From Trichoplax adhaerens (Eukaryota; Animalia; Placozoa), in NCBI RefSeq assembly GCF_000150275.1, contig NW_002060947.1, forward strand, positions 6,088,286 to 6,152,285: a DNA stretch of 64,000 nt. The letters run 5' to 3'. This document shows positions 11,356 through 30,797 of this stretch, one piece after another. Each line of letters opens with the position of its first letter. Position 1 is the first letter of the stretch. The position numbers and the translations under genes were made by a program. Under the pieces are notes generated by a model that made no database searches, had not been told where the DNA came from, and saw nothing but the letters and a program-made list of their open reading frames with translations.

Positions 11356-14300
11356 TTTTCGAAAATATAAAGTTGCTGTATAGCTTTGTGTTAAAATTTG
11401 ATTGAGATAGTCAACAGTACTTTCCTGTGCACGGCAGAGCTTTGATATTTTAATGGAAAATTAGACTACAGCATCACCCAAATAGATAATTGGCTTTTTT
11501 AACGAGTGAAAGAAGTTCCCAGCTCCGAAAACCATACTACACAGTCTTTCAAGGTTTCAGTAATAGCAAGCTTATAACGCTGCACATAGGTCATGCTGAG
11601 TTATCCACTCGATTAAAACTATATAATTTGAGAAATTCAAATTTGGCCAAGATAACTGAAAAGTAATTAAAATTGGCTAGCAAAGCGGATTGAACTCATA
11701 GTTAAAGTAGAGGAAGTCTACTGTTCTTCAAACTGTGTGATTGCGCCGCGACGAATAACGAATTCAGTTCGTGTATTTTTGTCATAGTGAAACTCGTCCA
11801 AAATTTCGCTCTATATGTTGTCTACGATAGTTCGAAACTGTCAGAGATTGATTTTAGAAGCGTTCACGTAGGGACTTGTTAAGAGAGCATCACTCAAGTC
11901 GCTGGTCACGTATCATTTACACATTTTTCATGGAAAAAATTTGCGAAAGATTTTCTGAGTTGTTTATAATAATTATTGACTGCCGAACCGATGGCAATGG
12001 GTGTATGAGAGGGAGATTCTACCTTAGAAAAATGTTAATGACTGATGCAGCCTAGCACTGCACAGACTGATAAATGGTCTGTAAAAAAAGGTTGAAAATT
12101 ATGAGCCATCATTACTAGTTTTCCTGTAAAGCTTACATGTCGCTCTTTCGAACATCGTACTTTATGTTGTAGTGAACTTTATTTCTGCTTGTGTTGGTGA
12201 AAGCGGGAGATTTTTCGCTATATAGCATACAGTGTGTGTAAGTAGCAGTTAATACTTATAGAACTAAAAGAAAATATGGCCTTCTAACAATATTTTATTG
12301 GATTCTGATGTAAATCATTTCAATAAACGCATTGCTTTACGATAATGTGACAAGGCACACGGTTCGACTCTAGTCCGGCTTCGAACCGAACTGTTGGGAC
12401 AGCTAGTTGAATGTGCAATTGGAACTAGTACACGTGTATTGCACTAATCCAGTTTTTATTAACTGTAAAAGTACTTTAGCAAATAAAATCTGCAGGTTAA
12501 TGTCTTACAGCAATACCATACACGGTTTAAAGTGAGCAAACATGAAATGAAATCCTTCGAGTGCATATGCAAAGGATTTATTTCACTGTGGACACTTGCT
12601 GTAAACCGTTACAAACTCGACTTTAAGAATTATGTAGCTAATTGCAATGTTCAACAACTACAGTACTATCACTACTAAAAATTTAATTCAATTATAGCTC
12701 CTCTCCAATTCCTAATTTACTGTACACTACTGTTAGATTTTTGGGTACCAATGCAATTCGCCAAGTGCTTAGCTGCTTCTTTTTGCCACTCTACAAAGAA
12801 TAAGCTTATAATGACAGTTCTATTATTATTAATAATCAGCACTGTAACTGTAAGAGCGCATGGAGGTAATCGTGGACTGATCATAATCTGAACGATCATA
12901 GCAGACTATTCGTATAATATGTTGTAGAGTTTAGTAGGCAAATTTCACACAACCTAATTCAGATCGTCTATTGAACCAATTATCGGCACATGGTTTGTTA
13001 TGCAGTCCGTATTAAGAGGTAAATATTTCATGGTCTTTGCCTGAGTACAATAGTTAACTGTTTGCAGAGTATCAGCACTAGTGACCTTTTCTCTACCTCT
13101 GCATTGAGTACTTAATCACGTAGTGGGAGATTTTCTACCTTGCAAATGCGTATTTGTGAACAGGAAAGAAGGTTACTGTAAGTCTGTAACCGAGCAATTT
13201 TGTAAGAGCTGCCCGCCGAAAGAGACGATTTTTCTTTGTGAAAAGCCCGAAAAGCTCCGTATTTAATGATGGTATCGCAAAACGGATGTGATCAAGATTA
13301 TACGCTCGTGATCAAAGGTTGGGTCTGCTATTAGACATGAATTAAAATGTTTCATTTGACCAGTAAGCGTTTGAGCTGTAATTCGATAATTGTTGTACTG
13401 TATATAATCACATTGAATCATAGTCGTTGTGATCCAATTTGACAACACTATCTTCAAGAGATCTAAAAACCAAATTAGGAAGACAAAATACGCCTGTAGG
13501 TTATGCAACTGACTGAAGTTCAATATCAATAGGGCAGCAAGATACTTTGATGAGCTGCACACATGAGACTGTATACGTAAAGGCTATATAAGAAGAATGT
13601 TTCTATTTCGTAGGCCTGATAGAAGTCTATTTCGAAATTAAAATGCAGTAGTCACAAGTGGCTCACAACTAATGCTCTTTTTGTGCATTTTAAATTCAAA
13701 GCGTTAAAGGAGGGTATAGGTATATCTGCCTAAAAATCGGTTACTATCTGGCGTTGACTGAGTAAATTAAATGACGTAATAATTAATCACTATCGAATTG
13801 TATTATAATTATAACTATAATTATCGACCAAACTTTAGAAGTCGTCATAAGCGTATAGCTAGCCATTGCCCGGGATTTAGGTAGATCTTGCCGTACGACA
13901 GTACGAGTTTAGTCGCATGAATGCTTTAACGTAGTCAGACAAATATAAATCCCCTTTAATATTGTCAATGTTGGTTTAATCTTTTACATTAAACGTTTGC
14001 AAGCAATCATAGATCGGAAACGTCCGCAAATGTAGGTTATAATTAGCTGTTTTATACGTAAAAATAATCAAGTCTCATAATTTATAATTGTGTGATTGAA
14101 TAATTCAGATTTGGATAAAATTATTAGTACAGTGCAAATTAATGTGAACTCATTACATATCAATTCTTTCGTGTTTCAGTAAATTACACCTCATTAATTA
14201 CAAAAATTAGCTGATTAATCATGAATGACCCCTTTTAAAACATCCTACAACAACTGCCATAAGCACTATTGCAATAGCTAGTAGTCATCAGTTAAATCAA

Positions 14301-14669
14301 ATACGAACTATAGATACTTTTATATCATTTAATCTAGTGTCAGTTGATTAATTTGCTTTGATTGAATGGCAAGTACATACAGTCTACAATTACATTTCCG
14401 TTACTGCTAGATTGCAACACGAACAGTGGATGGAGAGCTATAATCATGCTAGTATAGCTAGAGAATTTCGCTTTTTTAGCCGCTACACGAAGTGAATTAG
14501 CTTAACTAGAATTGTATCACTACTATACAATATATACCACATGCCAGCTCTGATTGAACATAAGTAAGCATATAGCTAATGATCCATTTGTGCGTTAATA
14601 ATGCTCCTTTAAGGTAAAGTAACTAAGTTTCAACTACGACTTATGTATTCATAGGATCTTTCTTTGATA

Positions 14670-20794
<6,125 letters not shown>

Positions 20795-20931
20795 AACGTT
20801 GAATTAGTGCAAAATCCTTATATAATTCTAATCTTCCTCCAGCAGCAAGTTGATAGGTGCAAGCTCCCAGGTGCAAGCTCTGGTAACCAGAAAGGTGCCG
20901 ATCGATCTTGTAAACACAACGTGGTTGAAAC

Positions 20932-20943
20932 TTTGGCGCCAAA
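20932..20943. promoter_or_regulatory. Palindromic double E2F site in the MSH2/FANCF divergent promoter
   Basis: TTTGGCGCCAAA is a perfect palindrome containing the E2F consensus TTTSSCGC on both strands, ~140 bp upstream of the MSH2 ATG. Confidence 0.65.
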
Positions 20944-21580
20944 TATTTGTGTACGGTACGGTACGGTAGTCCGTAGTCGGCAGCAAGGACAACTCTGCAC
21001 GGAGAAATCTCATACTGTATAGTGTACCGAATGACCGAATACAGTAACGACCCTAAAGGATCCAGGGCAGTGCCAGTACGGTACCAGTACCAGTACAATA
21101 ATAGAACTGTTTACAATTTGACGAGTGTAAAATCGGTAACAGAGCCCAAACCATACTCTGCATATAGCCCTACTGTATAAGGCTTTTGAAAGACCAATGC
21201 AGTTAAGCTTCAGCAGCAGCTCGAGCTCTCTCCTCCAGCCTCAAAATATCCAAAACATGGAGGAATTAAAGCTGTATATAGGCTAAGCTGGCAATGAACG
21301 ACAAGGATGAACTAGTTACAGTCCAATATGGATGGCAGTAGCCGATTTATCAGGTAGAAATGATTGCAACTTAAGTGATATGCCACAGAGACTCTAGTCA
21401 GAGAGAGTGGAAGGATTGGTTTGCTTGCTTTCGATGCAATCGTGTCCTTGTAGCAGAGGATGCAAAGTACAACTTTCGATCATTCTCTTACTCTTTTGCT
21501 AGCAAAAACTTGTAAAAGAGTTATTTCGAAACCTGTTGAGTTTTAGCATTGATTAAATTAATATTTACTGCAGCCTAAGG

Positions 21581-23840
21581 ATGGAATACTTGCTGGATAA
21601 ATTTTCATCCTTTTGGAATATACTTGAAGCAAGTCGAAGCAGAAAAGTAGCCAAATGGGACGAAACGAGCCTTAGCCATGCAATTCAATGGTCTCAATAT
21701 ATTGAAGAGGTTCGTGACTGCAATAGTACTTTAGGCATGGCCATGGAATGAGACCATGATGAACTTACATCATGTCGAATTTCTTAATATCATCTATACG
21801 ATTTCTACTCTAGGTATGCAATCACTTAAGGTCGAAACCAAATCGACCTAAAATCAACCAGCAGTTGTTTATACGTTATAGCAACAATCATCTCCAAGAG
21901 ACAGAACCCGAATCAATGGTCTTACCATCGATCGAACATTTTTGCAATGCAGAATTGATGCTATTAAAGGTAAATGTTGTTGATAATAAGGCGTGAATCA
22001 ACGAAAATGAAATATTTTACATCTACTATTTTCTATAATTGACATTGAATAATTGGCGTTGATTGACCAATTCTTCAAACTGTCTCATTGGAGTAAAAAT
22101 ACCGTTTAGCTCTGACAGTATTTAGAATAATATCCGATGACAGCCTGTAGCGTCCATGGAAATGTTTACTGTATTTCATTTTAACATTCATCGCATGACC
22201 TAAGCAGTAACTTGGTGTTTTACTTTATGCAGAGGCTACTGGGAAACGAAAATTTAACCTTAGAATTATTCCAGTTTCTATTGGAACGGTACTTGCTCAA
22301 TAACGGGTCGCAAGATAAAGTTGAAAGTGTCGTCAAGGTAACATTAGTTGAATGATAGTATTGATTATTAAAAAAGAAATAGCCGAAACTGGTTCTATGT
22401 AGCCTTATCTTATAATAGCAAACTTAGCTTGCCAATGATAACTACATTGCTTAAATATTTATTATAGCTGTATTGAAAGAGAAATCTTCAATTTAAGCAC
22501 GGAGAGGCAGACTTTCCCTTAACGTTAATGTATCTTTTGCAGATCATTTCTGAAAAATGTGTAAATAATGCACTGCTTGAGGTTGCAAGCAAAATCGATG
22601 CTATGATTTCCGAGAACTCTATCCATGGTTAGTGACAATATCTTACTTAGTAATTAATTTACATTGACAAAGCCTATGATGGTACTAGTCCATGTATAAC
22701 AGTTTTACTTTGATGATAGGTATGAAGGAATTTTCTGACACGTCTTTATTGAAAGTGACTATAGAACAGAATGCAAAAGTATTAAATCAATACATTGAAT
22801 ATGATACAAATCACTCAATCACTTCTCGGTAATTACAGCTATGAATGAATTATAATGTACATTTATCATTATAGATTTCCGCCCCAGTTAACTTACAGGC
22901 ACGACTATAATCTAATTGTTATGCATATTTTTACTAGGGAAATCTTTCTACTCAAGAAGAAAGCATTATTCCATTTAACTACTAAAAACACTGGAATAGT
23001 ATGTATCTGAATATCGGTCATGAAAATTACAGCTTTTAAATTTTGATAGAAAGGAGATGCTCTTGCACTCACGTCGAACTCTAGATCTTGCTGAACTAAT
23101 TTGCTTTAGCAAGACGTAATTAATTTATAACCCAGCTGTGTACTTTTGAGGTGTGAACTAATATAAACTATGTCATTGAAATGATGCTATTAATTATTAT
23201 TCTTTTCGTCACGATATGATCTTTGGTAGGCTACTATCACGACAGCACTACTACAACGATACGAATGTAAATCGGAATCAGATGCTGATCCATGTGTCCA
23301 AATTTTAACTGAATTTTTAATAGAATATTATAGTGACGGCTTGCAGCCTGGCGCTGTAAATGCTATGCCAAATGGTGAGTAGAAGAGATGTTGCTAACGT
23401 TATAAAATCGAACTTCCATTATAGAAGTTAAACATAGAAACAGATTGAACTCCTAAAGTCTTGTGCTAACTCGACTGTGTTTGATTAATATTCAAGAATC
23501 AATTCGACAAGCCCTTCCGGATAGACACAGGGAACTCCTTATGCTTTCCCCTGTAAAGTTGGCAAAGCTTGCAAGTTACTGTTGTCAATTTTTCGTTGTC
23601 TACATTAGAATTCTATCCAAGTTTGCTTGTGATCAACAGCCTGACAATAATAGTCCTTCAAGGAATGAAGGACAACAATTGGCTATAAATCACTTTCAAC
23701 AGCTACTAAAAGGGCCCAATAATGTGACCAATCCTGTAAAGCAAGTCTTGACATGTTTACATCATCATGGGATAAATTATAATTTAGCATTGGATGATTT
23801 ACACAAAGATGTCCTAATAAATCCTATGACTAGTTTTTAA
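21581..23840 (+). CDS. FANCF: Fanconi anaemia group F protein-like, ~8 coding exons (possible 11-aa extension from ATG 21328)
   Basis: MEYLLDKFSSFWNILEASRSRKVAKWDETSLSHAIQWSQYIEE resembles the FANCF N-terminus (MESLL...V..WD.....ALQWA.Y). Exon 3 RLLGNENL resembles RLLENRAL. Canonical splice sites; last exon lies in ORF 23463-23840. Confidence 0.75.
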
Positions 23841-24289
23841 TGTGGCGATAAATTTTAAATATTGACAGCACGATGCAAAACTGTTTATCAATATTATTAC
23901 AGTGATAGGGCTTATAAAATTTATTTTTTTAAATCATTAGGGTTCTAAAATTTTAGTTTGTCGTATGAAAAATTCTTGAATCTCAAGCTTTATCCAGTAT
24001 TGCTAAAGCTACTTGTATAATAATATCAAATTATCCTCTGCTTTACTGTCCATTATGATTATAGGAATACCGTTGATAGTCCTGTTATCATTTTTTTTAT
24101 TTTTTTAATCCAATAAACCAAATATCAACCTATTACCAGTAAAATTTGGATTTGAAAACCCCTTGGTATCTATTCTGAAGTAATATATGTTGTAAAATTT
24201 TGTTGGCAAATCGATTCCTATGAATCAGCTTATCAAAATTAAGCAAACATGCATCGACTAGTTACTCATTGTAATGAGTGAAAATGTTT

Positions 24290-25850
24290 TCGTAGACCGT
24301 GGTCGAGAACGAATACCTGCCCTTCTCAAAATTAAAATTGAAGTCATTTATATCTTTAGTTTATCCTTATTACTAGTCACCTAATGGGCTTTTTGCTTAA
24401 TATAGAATTTGAAGTAAAATTACAGTTAGTTAAGCCACTGCAAGACGGAGTCCGTATGTAGAAGTATTAGTACACATTGTAGCTAGTGAAAATTTTTTCG
24501 TAAGCTGCAGTCGACAATAACCATCAATCTTCCTCACATACTGTACGAAAATTTGCCATCGATCTTGTAAGCTTATTTCCAGTTCACTTCGGCAAGTGAT
24601 CGACGTATTAGTATTGATTGATGCACATAAGCATATAGGTAGTTAGGCACACATTACAGCTACGCCGTGGAAAAACATTTTCGTAAACTGCAATCGAGAA
24701 CGAAAGCCAGTATCTCTAAAATGAGTCATTTATTTTACCAGTTTTGAGCTTGCTTTTAATTTAAGCGATAGGTATTTTGGTTAATATAGAATTTGGAGTA
24801 AATTGCAGTCTGGTCAATGCACTGCAATACAGTCTATAAGAATATCAGTACACATTGCAGCCAGTGAAAATTATTCGTAGGCTGCAGTCTCGAACGAATA
24901 CCAGTATTCGTTTGGAAAAAATGAGTTATTTATTTATTTTATTTCGTGAGCCACTTAAACTTATGACTAGTTGAAATAATGAATATTTTACTTGATCTGC
25001 GACGTAGACGTACGCACAGGATCTGGAGTAAAATTATAGGTTTGTCAAGCCACTGCAAATTGTCTGCAATAGAGTATATGGGAATGTCAGTATACTGAAC
25101 ATTGCCGCAAGTGAAACTATTTTTGTAGGTTGCAGTCCAAAATGAATGTCAGTATGTTGTAAAAAATAGTAAGTTATTTATTTTCGAGTTGAGGTTTTAC
25201 TTTATCTAGTTTATTTTATTGGCCTTAAGCTTACGACTAGTTCAACTAAAAGGTATTTTGCTTATGGTAGGATTTGAAGTCAAAATTCCAGTTGGTCAAG
25301 CCACTGCAATACAGTATATGGAAAACATTGTAGCAAGCGAAGCTATTTTTGTAGGCTGCAGTCCAAAATGAATGTCAGTATGTTGTAAGAAATAGTAAGT
25401 TATTTATTTTCGAGTTGGGGTTTTACTTTATCTAGTTTATTTTATTGGCCTTAAGCTTATGTCTAGTTCAACTAACAGGTATTTTGCTTAAGGTAGGATT
25501 TGAAGTCCAAATGCCCGTTGGTCAAGCCACTGCAAATTGTCTGCACATACAGTATATGGGAATATCAGTATACTGAACATTGCCGTAAGCGAAGCTATTT
25601 TTGTAGGTTGCAATCCAAAATGAATGTCAGTATGTTGTAAAAGAAAATAAGTTTTATATTTTCGGGTTGGGGTTTTACTTTATCTAGTTTATTTTATTGG
25701 CCTTAAGCTTATGACAAGTTCAACTAACAGGTATTTTGCTTAAGGCAGGATTTGAAGTCCAAATTCCCGTTGGTCAAGCCACTGCAATACCGATATAGGG
25801 GAATGTCAGTATATATCGCAGCCAGTGAAAATTTTTTCCTAGGCTACGAT
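24290..25850. repeat. Degenerate tandem repeat, ~226-252 bp unit, ~6 copies
   Basis: gtcaagccactgcaa-like anchor at 24429, 24813, 25044, 25295, 25521 and 25773. The right-hand copies are the most similar. Confidence 0.9.
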
Positions 25851-26207
25851 AGAAAAAGAATACTAATTTATCTCCCATATGAAGAGTAAAAGTCAAAAAT
25901 TATCTTGTTAAAGCCTTCCACTGGTTTTCCATTTCACCAAGCGGTCGACATTTTGGGGGTACATTGTACCTAGTCAAGCAGTTGGAGGACGTCCGGTAGT
26001 CTGTTACCGTTGCTTACTCCACCCAGTCTACCCACTGGTACCGTACAAGGTTTCCAAGGTGCTCTCCCCATACTACAGGCAACAGTGGAGTCTAAGTCAA
26101 GTCAACATCCGCTTGTTGGCCATCTGGCTGGGGCAGTAGTTAAGGAAAAGAACCAGTTGGCGGCGACCTGACTATTTCCACAGCAGTTGCACATTGGTGG
26201 CTAGGCA

Positions 26208-26251
26208 AAGTTGTTGAAAAGTTGTTGAAAAGTTGTTGAAAAGTTGTTAAG
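26208..26251. repeat. 11-bp tandem repeat (aagttgttgaa) x ~4 in the ZMPSTE24 leader/promoter
   Basis: aagttgttgaaaagttgttgaaaagttgttgaaaagttgttaag. Confidence 0.9.
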
Positions 26252-26293
26252 TTTTTCAGCCGTCAAAGAGGGAACTTGGAGAGAATATCGACA

Positions 26294-29200
26294 ATGGAAG
26301 CCGTGACATTATCCGAATTTTTATCCAGTATTAACATCTTAGCCGTTACTTTAACGCTGTCATGGCTGGTGATGCTGTGGGATATGTATTTAGCGAGCAG
26401 ACAGGTAAGAATGAATGGACGTTGATGAGTTAATGAATCAAAATAAGCCATTTTTTCCTCCCTTGCTGATGAGTTAACATTACACTATCAATGCATTTCA
26501 AATTGGCCAAGATTTGGGCATTAGCCTTCTCTTTTTCCATGTCACTTTTAATGAGCTTATTGTATTCAAAATGGCGTTAATTGAATGTATGGGAAAAATT
26601 GTCCATACAGCAAATGATGATGAAAGTCCTTTTCAATATTAGTTCTTCTGTATTTTTCATACTTCAAGATGGATGAATGAATCGTGCTGTAGGATAGTCC
26701 ATGGATACAGTAACGACTTGTCAATATCGTATGCATGCATGTTATTCTAATTTTGAAACCCCTATTCTAGCCTTTATGAAAGGGTCTTATGCTGGTAAGA
26801 ATGCTATTTCATTCCTTGATATCGCTCACGATTAACTTCTTCATATACTCACGCAACGCATCCTTTTCGATCATGACTTCAAGAGATCATAGAGGATATA
26901 CTGTACAATAGATCAATTTCGACTGATATTAACAGTGTAAAAGATGGCTTCTCTCCACGCATTATGCATCAAGTTAATACTATTGCGATATTTTGAAGGT
27001 TCCCAGCCGATAATGATACAGTATATTACAGCTACTGAGGAATATCGACAAGCATTGTTGTATTGAATATGTGGAGTCAAGATATCTTTAAACCATGAAA
27101 TGCCTTCTACCATTCCAAAACTAATGCTATATTATATGACACATTTTGCAAAACAGAGACGTGTTACACTCAATACTAGACGTGTTCCTGCCGATTTAAG
27201 AGAAATGATCTCGACAGAAGTATTTGAGAAATCCAGACGTTACAGCTTGGATAAAAGTAGCTTTGGATTCTATAAAACGCTCTACTCTCAGATAGAAATG
27301 ACGGTAAGTGCAAATATCATTTCTTGCTGTCAATCAATATGGCGTAATTGGACGAAATTAAAAAATGATATTATATTTCTCTCAGTTATTTCTATACTAT
27401 GGTATCTTGCCTTACGTATGGGAATACTCGGTCGATTTATGCATTCGGTATGATTTCGATGTTACGAGCGAAGTAAGTACATACAATGAAAGAGGAAATG
27501 CGTTATAGTGGTAGAGTAATTTTTTTTAAATTAACATTTAGTAATATTCCCCTAATTGATTTATTCAATACAATTGTTTGATCCAATCCCGACGGCATTA
27601 TCCCAAGATGGATCAGTTATGACATAATATTATGATGGATAACGGCTCAAATGGGTACTCTGCATAATACCACTACGGTACTATCACTTGAATTAGGGGA
27701 GTGATGACTGATAGAAATGGTATTTGTAAATATGGAAGTATGTTTGGCTAAAAACGAAAGCGTACTGTACACTGACTCATAGAATGGAGTTAGTGTACAA
27801 TCGTTTGTCAAGAAACATTAGCATAAATATACACGATGCAGTAGCCTTTAGTACCATGATTGCAAATACTTCTTAACGCTTTTAAAATATATTCGAGTAT
27901 ATCTTACCACAGTTACTTTTACTTATAATAAATGTAGCCGATAGTACGATCTAAAAATATGACATAGAATTTTGAAGATTACGTTGACGTGATATTATTA
28001 GCAATGGTCGTATTCATAACGGCATGCCAAGTAATACCGAAATGATTAAAATCACTAGTTGACATAAATGACTTAATGTTGTCTGGATTCTAACAGTAAA
28101 TAAAATAATCTATTGCTTATTTACAGATTTGGCCATCGTTAGTCTTCACTACACTACTCTCCTTGTGGTCTCTTGTTATTGGTCAGCCGTGGTCTCTTTA
28201 CCATACATTTGTTTTGGAAGAAAAATACGGTTTCAATAAACAGGTTGATAAACCTAGCGATCCTATTGCTTGCGCGGAGTAAAAGCTTGCGTAGATTGAG
28301 CCTGGTTACTACATTTAGATAAGACTACATTGATTGTTTGAACTTATACATACGTATATTTAGATAAGTAATAATACTGTCTTAAAAAAATAGAAATAGG
28401 GTATACTATAATTATAATTAAATGTCGTGATGATTGCTTTTTCTTTCATGTATAATCTAAATCCCATCCTGGTATGACAGACCCTACGTTTCTACATTAA
28501 AGATACTCTGAAGAAACTTGTCCTCACTTTGGTACTATCATATATTGTCGTAGCCGTTTTAATATATATCATTATGAATGGAGGCGATTACTTTTTTATA
28601 TATGCCTGGTTGTTTGTTTTTCTCTTTTCTATGGTAAGTAGTTCACTGTCGATATTGGAAAAGCATTTAACATAGAGCTAGTTAATTTACAATGGCTCTA
28701 TTGTATATAGCACGCATGTAATTTAACTCTTCATTTCATTGGATAGTAGTTAAACCAGAATGAAAAGATAGAACCAGTCTTACTAAAATGATATCGAAAT
28801 CGTTCAAGCTGTACATATCAGCCAGCATATTTATCGAATGTTTTTCTTCTTGTATAGTTTATTGTATTTATATACGCGGATTTTATCGCTCCGTTATTCG
28901 ACAAATTCACTCCTTTGCCGGATGGAGAATTAAAGACTGCTATCGAAGCATTAGCTTCTAGTGTCAACTTTCCATTAAAGAAATTATTTGTCGTAGAAGG
29001 ATCAGTCCGATCAGCCCATAGCAATGCGTACTTCTATGGATTCTATAAGAACAAGCGAGTTGTACTGTTTGATACCTTATTAGAAGATAATCCATTAACG
29101 CAAAAAGAAAAAGAATCAGAAAACACTGATGACCAAAAAAGTGACATAGCAGCTGAGACAACCAAGGAAGAATCAGTTGAGGTACTTTAGATTCTTGAAT

Positions 29201-30009
29201 GATGCCAATTTCAAGATGTAATTGTTTCTAAAGAACAATTTTAATGTGTCCCCTGCATTTAGCAAAAAAGCAAAGAAAGTGATAAAAACTGGCATAAAAA
29301 TCAGATCAAAGGTTGCACAAATGATGAAGTTGTTGCTATTTTATCACATGAACTCGGCCATTGGAAATTTAATCATAATTTGAAGAATATTGTGTTAGCC
29401 CAAGTAAGACCCCTTTTTGGTGATATTGCTATGAAATTATGATCATGATTATTCTTAAAATTTATTTACTTACCATTGTTGGTGTTATTTCCTTCAATAG
29501 ATTAATATCTTCATATGTTTCTATGGATTAAATTTGTTAATCAAAGAGAATGCCATTTATACATCCTTCGGTTTCAGTAGTCAGCCAGTGCTAATAGGTC
29601 TCATCATCGTTTTTGAGTATATTTATGCAATCTATAACGAGGTAATGCTTTAACACTGACTCAATGCTATTGCCACTTTATCAGCGGATTATTAATAAAG
29701 TCCTTTTGAGTTAACTATGAAATCAAATACTGTCGGTAGCGTTACTAACATTTTGTAATTTTTTTCTTTTTGTCGCAGGTTTTTGGATTTTTTATGACTG
29801 CTCTCGGTCGAAAATTTGAATTCGAAGCTGATCGTTATGCCAAAGAAATGGGAAAAGCTAATTTACTTTCAGTCGGTCTTATTAAACTACATGAAGATAA
29901 TTTATCATTTCCAGTTGTTGATAGGCTGTATTCTGCATTTAATTATTCGCATCCACCACTATTAGAAAGGCTAAAGGAGCTACGAAAAAGCTCCAAAAAA
30001 TCCGACTAA
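26294..30009 (+). CDS. ZMPSTE24: CAAX prenyl protease 1 (M48 zinc metalloprotease), ~9 exons
   Basis: [62 protein letters not shown] at 29347-29361, [16 protein letters not shown]-terminal KKSD (KKXX ER-retrieval signal). Confidence 0.97.
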
Positions 30010-30797
30010 CGTTGCTTACTCCATTGCAAATTATCTGATACCATTTACTCTAACAACTTGCAGTTGTTTAATGGTTGAAGTCAATATTGCTCTGATCAGA
30101 TTTTCTATTGTTATGGCTAGAGAACTTAAAAACAGTAATAAATTAGATATCTAATGGTTCCTAATTTACAAATATGATACTTTGTTGTATTTACTGGATA
30201 TTTATTATTTTCAGCCACAAATTAATGTCTATCCGTTTCTTGTAATTTAGCTAATAAATTTTTTCATTTGACTTTATTATGTTCATTTATGACTTTAGCA
30301 ATGTAGATGGAATAAAATAGCTCTGTGCCATTCTGTATTATCTAAAGTTTACAAACTGGTTGAAAATTGATCTCCATTTATTTTCATTGGAATCGAGTAA
30401 GGATTATAACCGATTCTGAAATCATCATAGCAATGAAATGCTTGATAGATGGGACTAGGACTAATTTAAGAAAGCAGTTTTAATCTTGAATCCTATCATA
30501 ACTTATAGTTGAAATATTAAATAAATAAATATGTTGTAATGATGCGGTGATATATCGTACCGTTAATAGACATTTAGAATATAAATTATTTGAAACAGAA
30601 AAAAAAACACTTAAAACAATATCGTAAAAAAGTTAGTTGTTTTGCAATTGCACTCTCAATACTATAGCTCAAACTGTATTCTACAACAAGTACAAGAAAT
30701 TCAATGCGCTTAATTTCAAAAATAACCTTTAAAATTACTATCCCCTTCATTTTAAAATGAAGTAGACCGTAGCAGTCGCTAGACTGTTGGTCCAAAT

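Noticed and set aside
12360-12388. tRNA or B-box element (GGTTCGA in an 8-bp inverted repeat)
   Set aside because: No cloverleaf, A-box or acceptor stem on either strand.
13312-13324. 13-nt match (tcaaaggttgggt) to the 36-37 kb array block
   Set aside because: Too short to exceed chance, and the flanks do not align.
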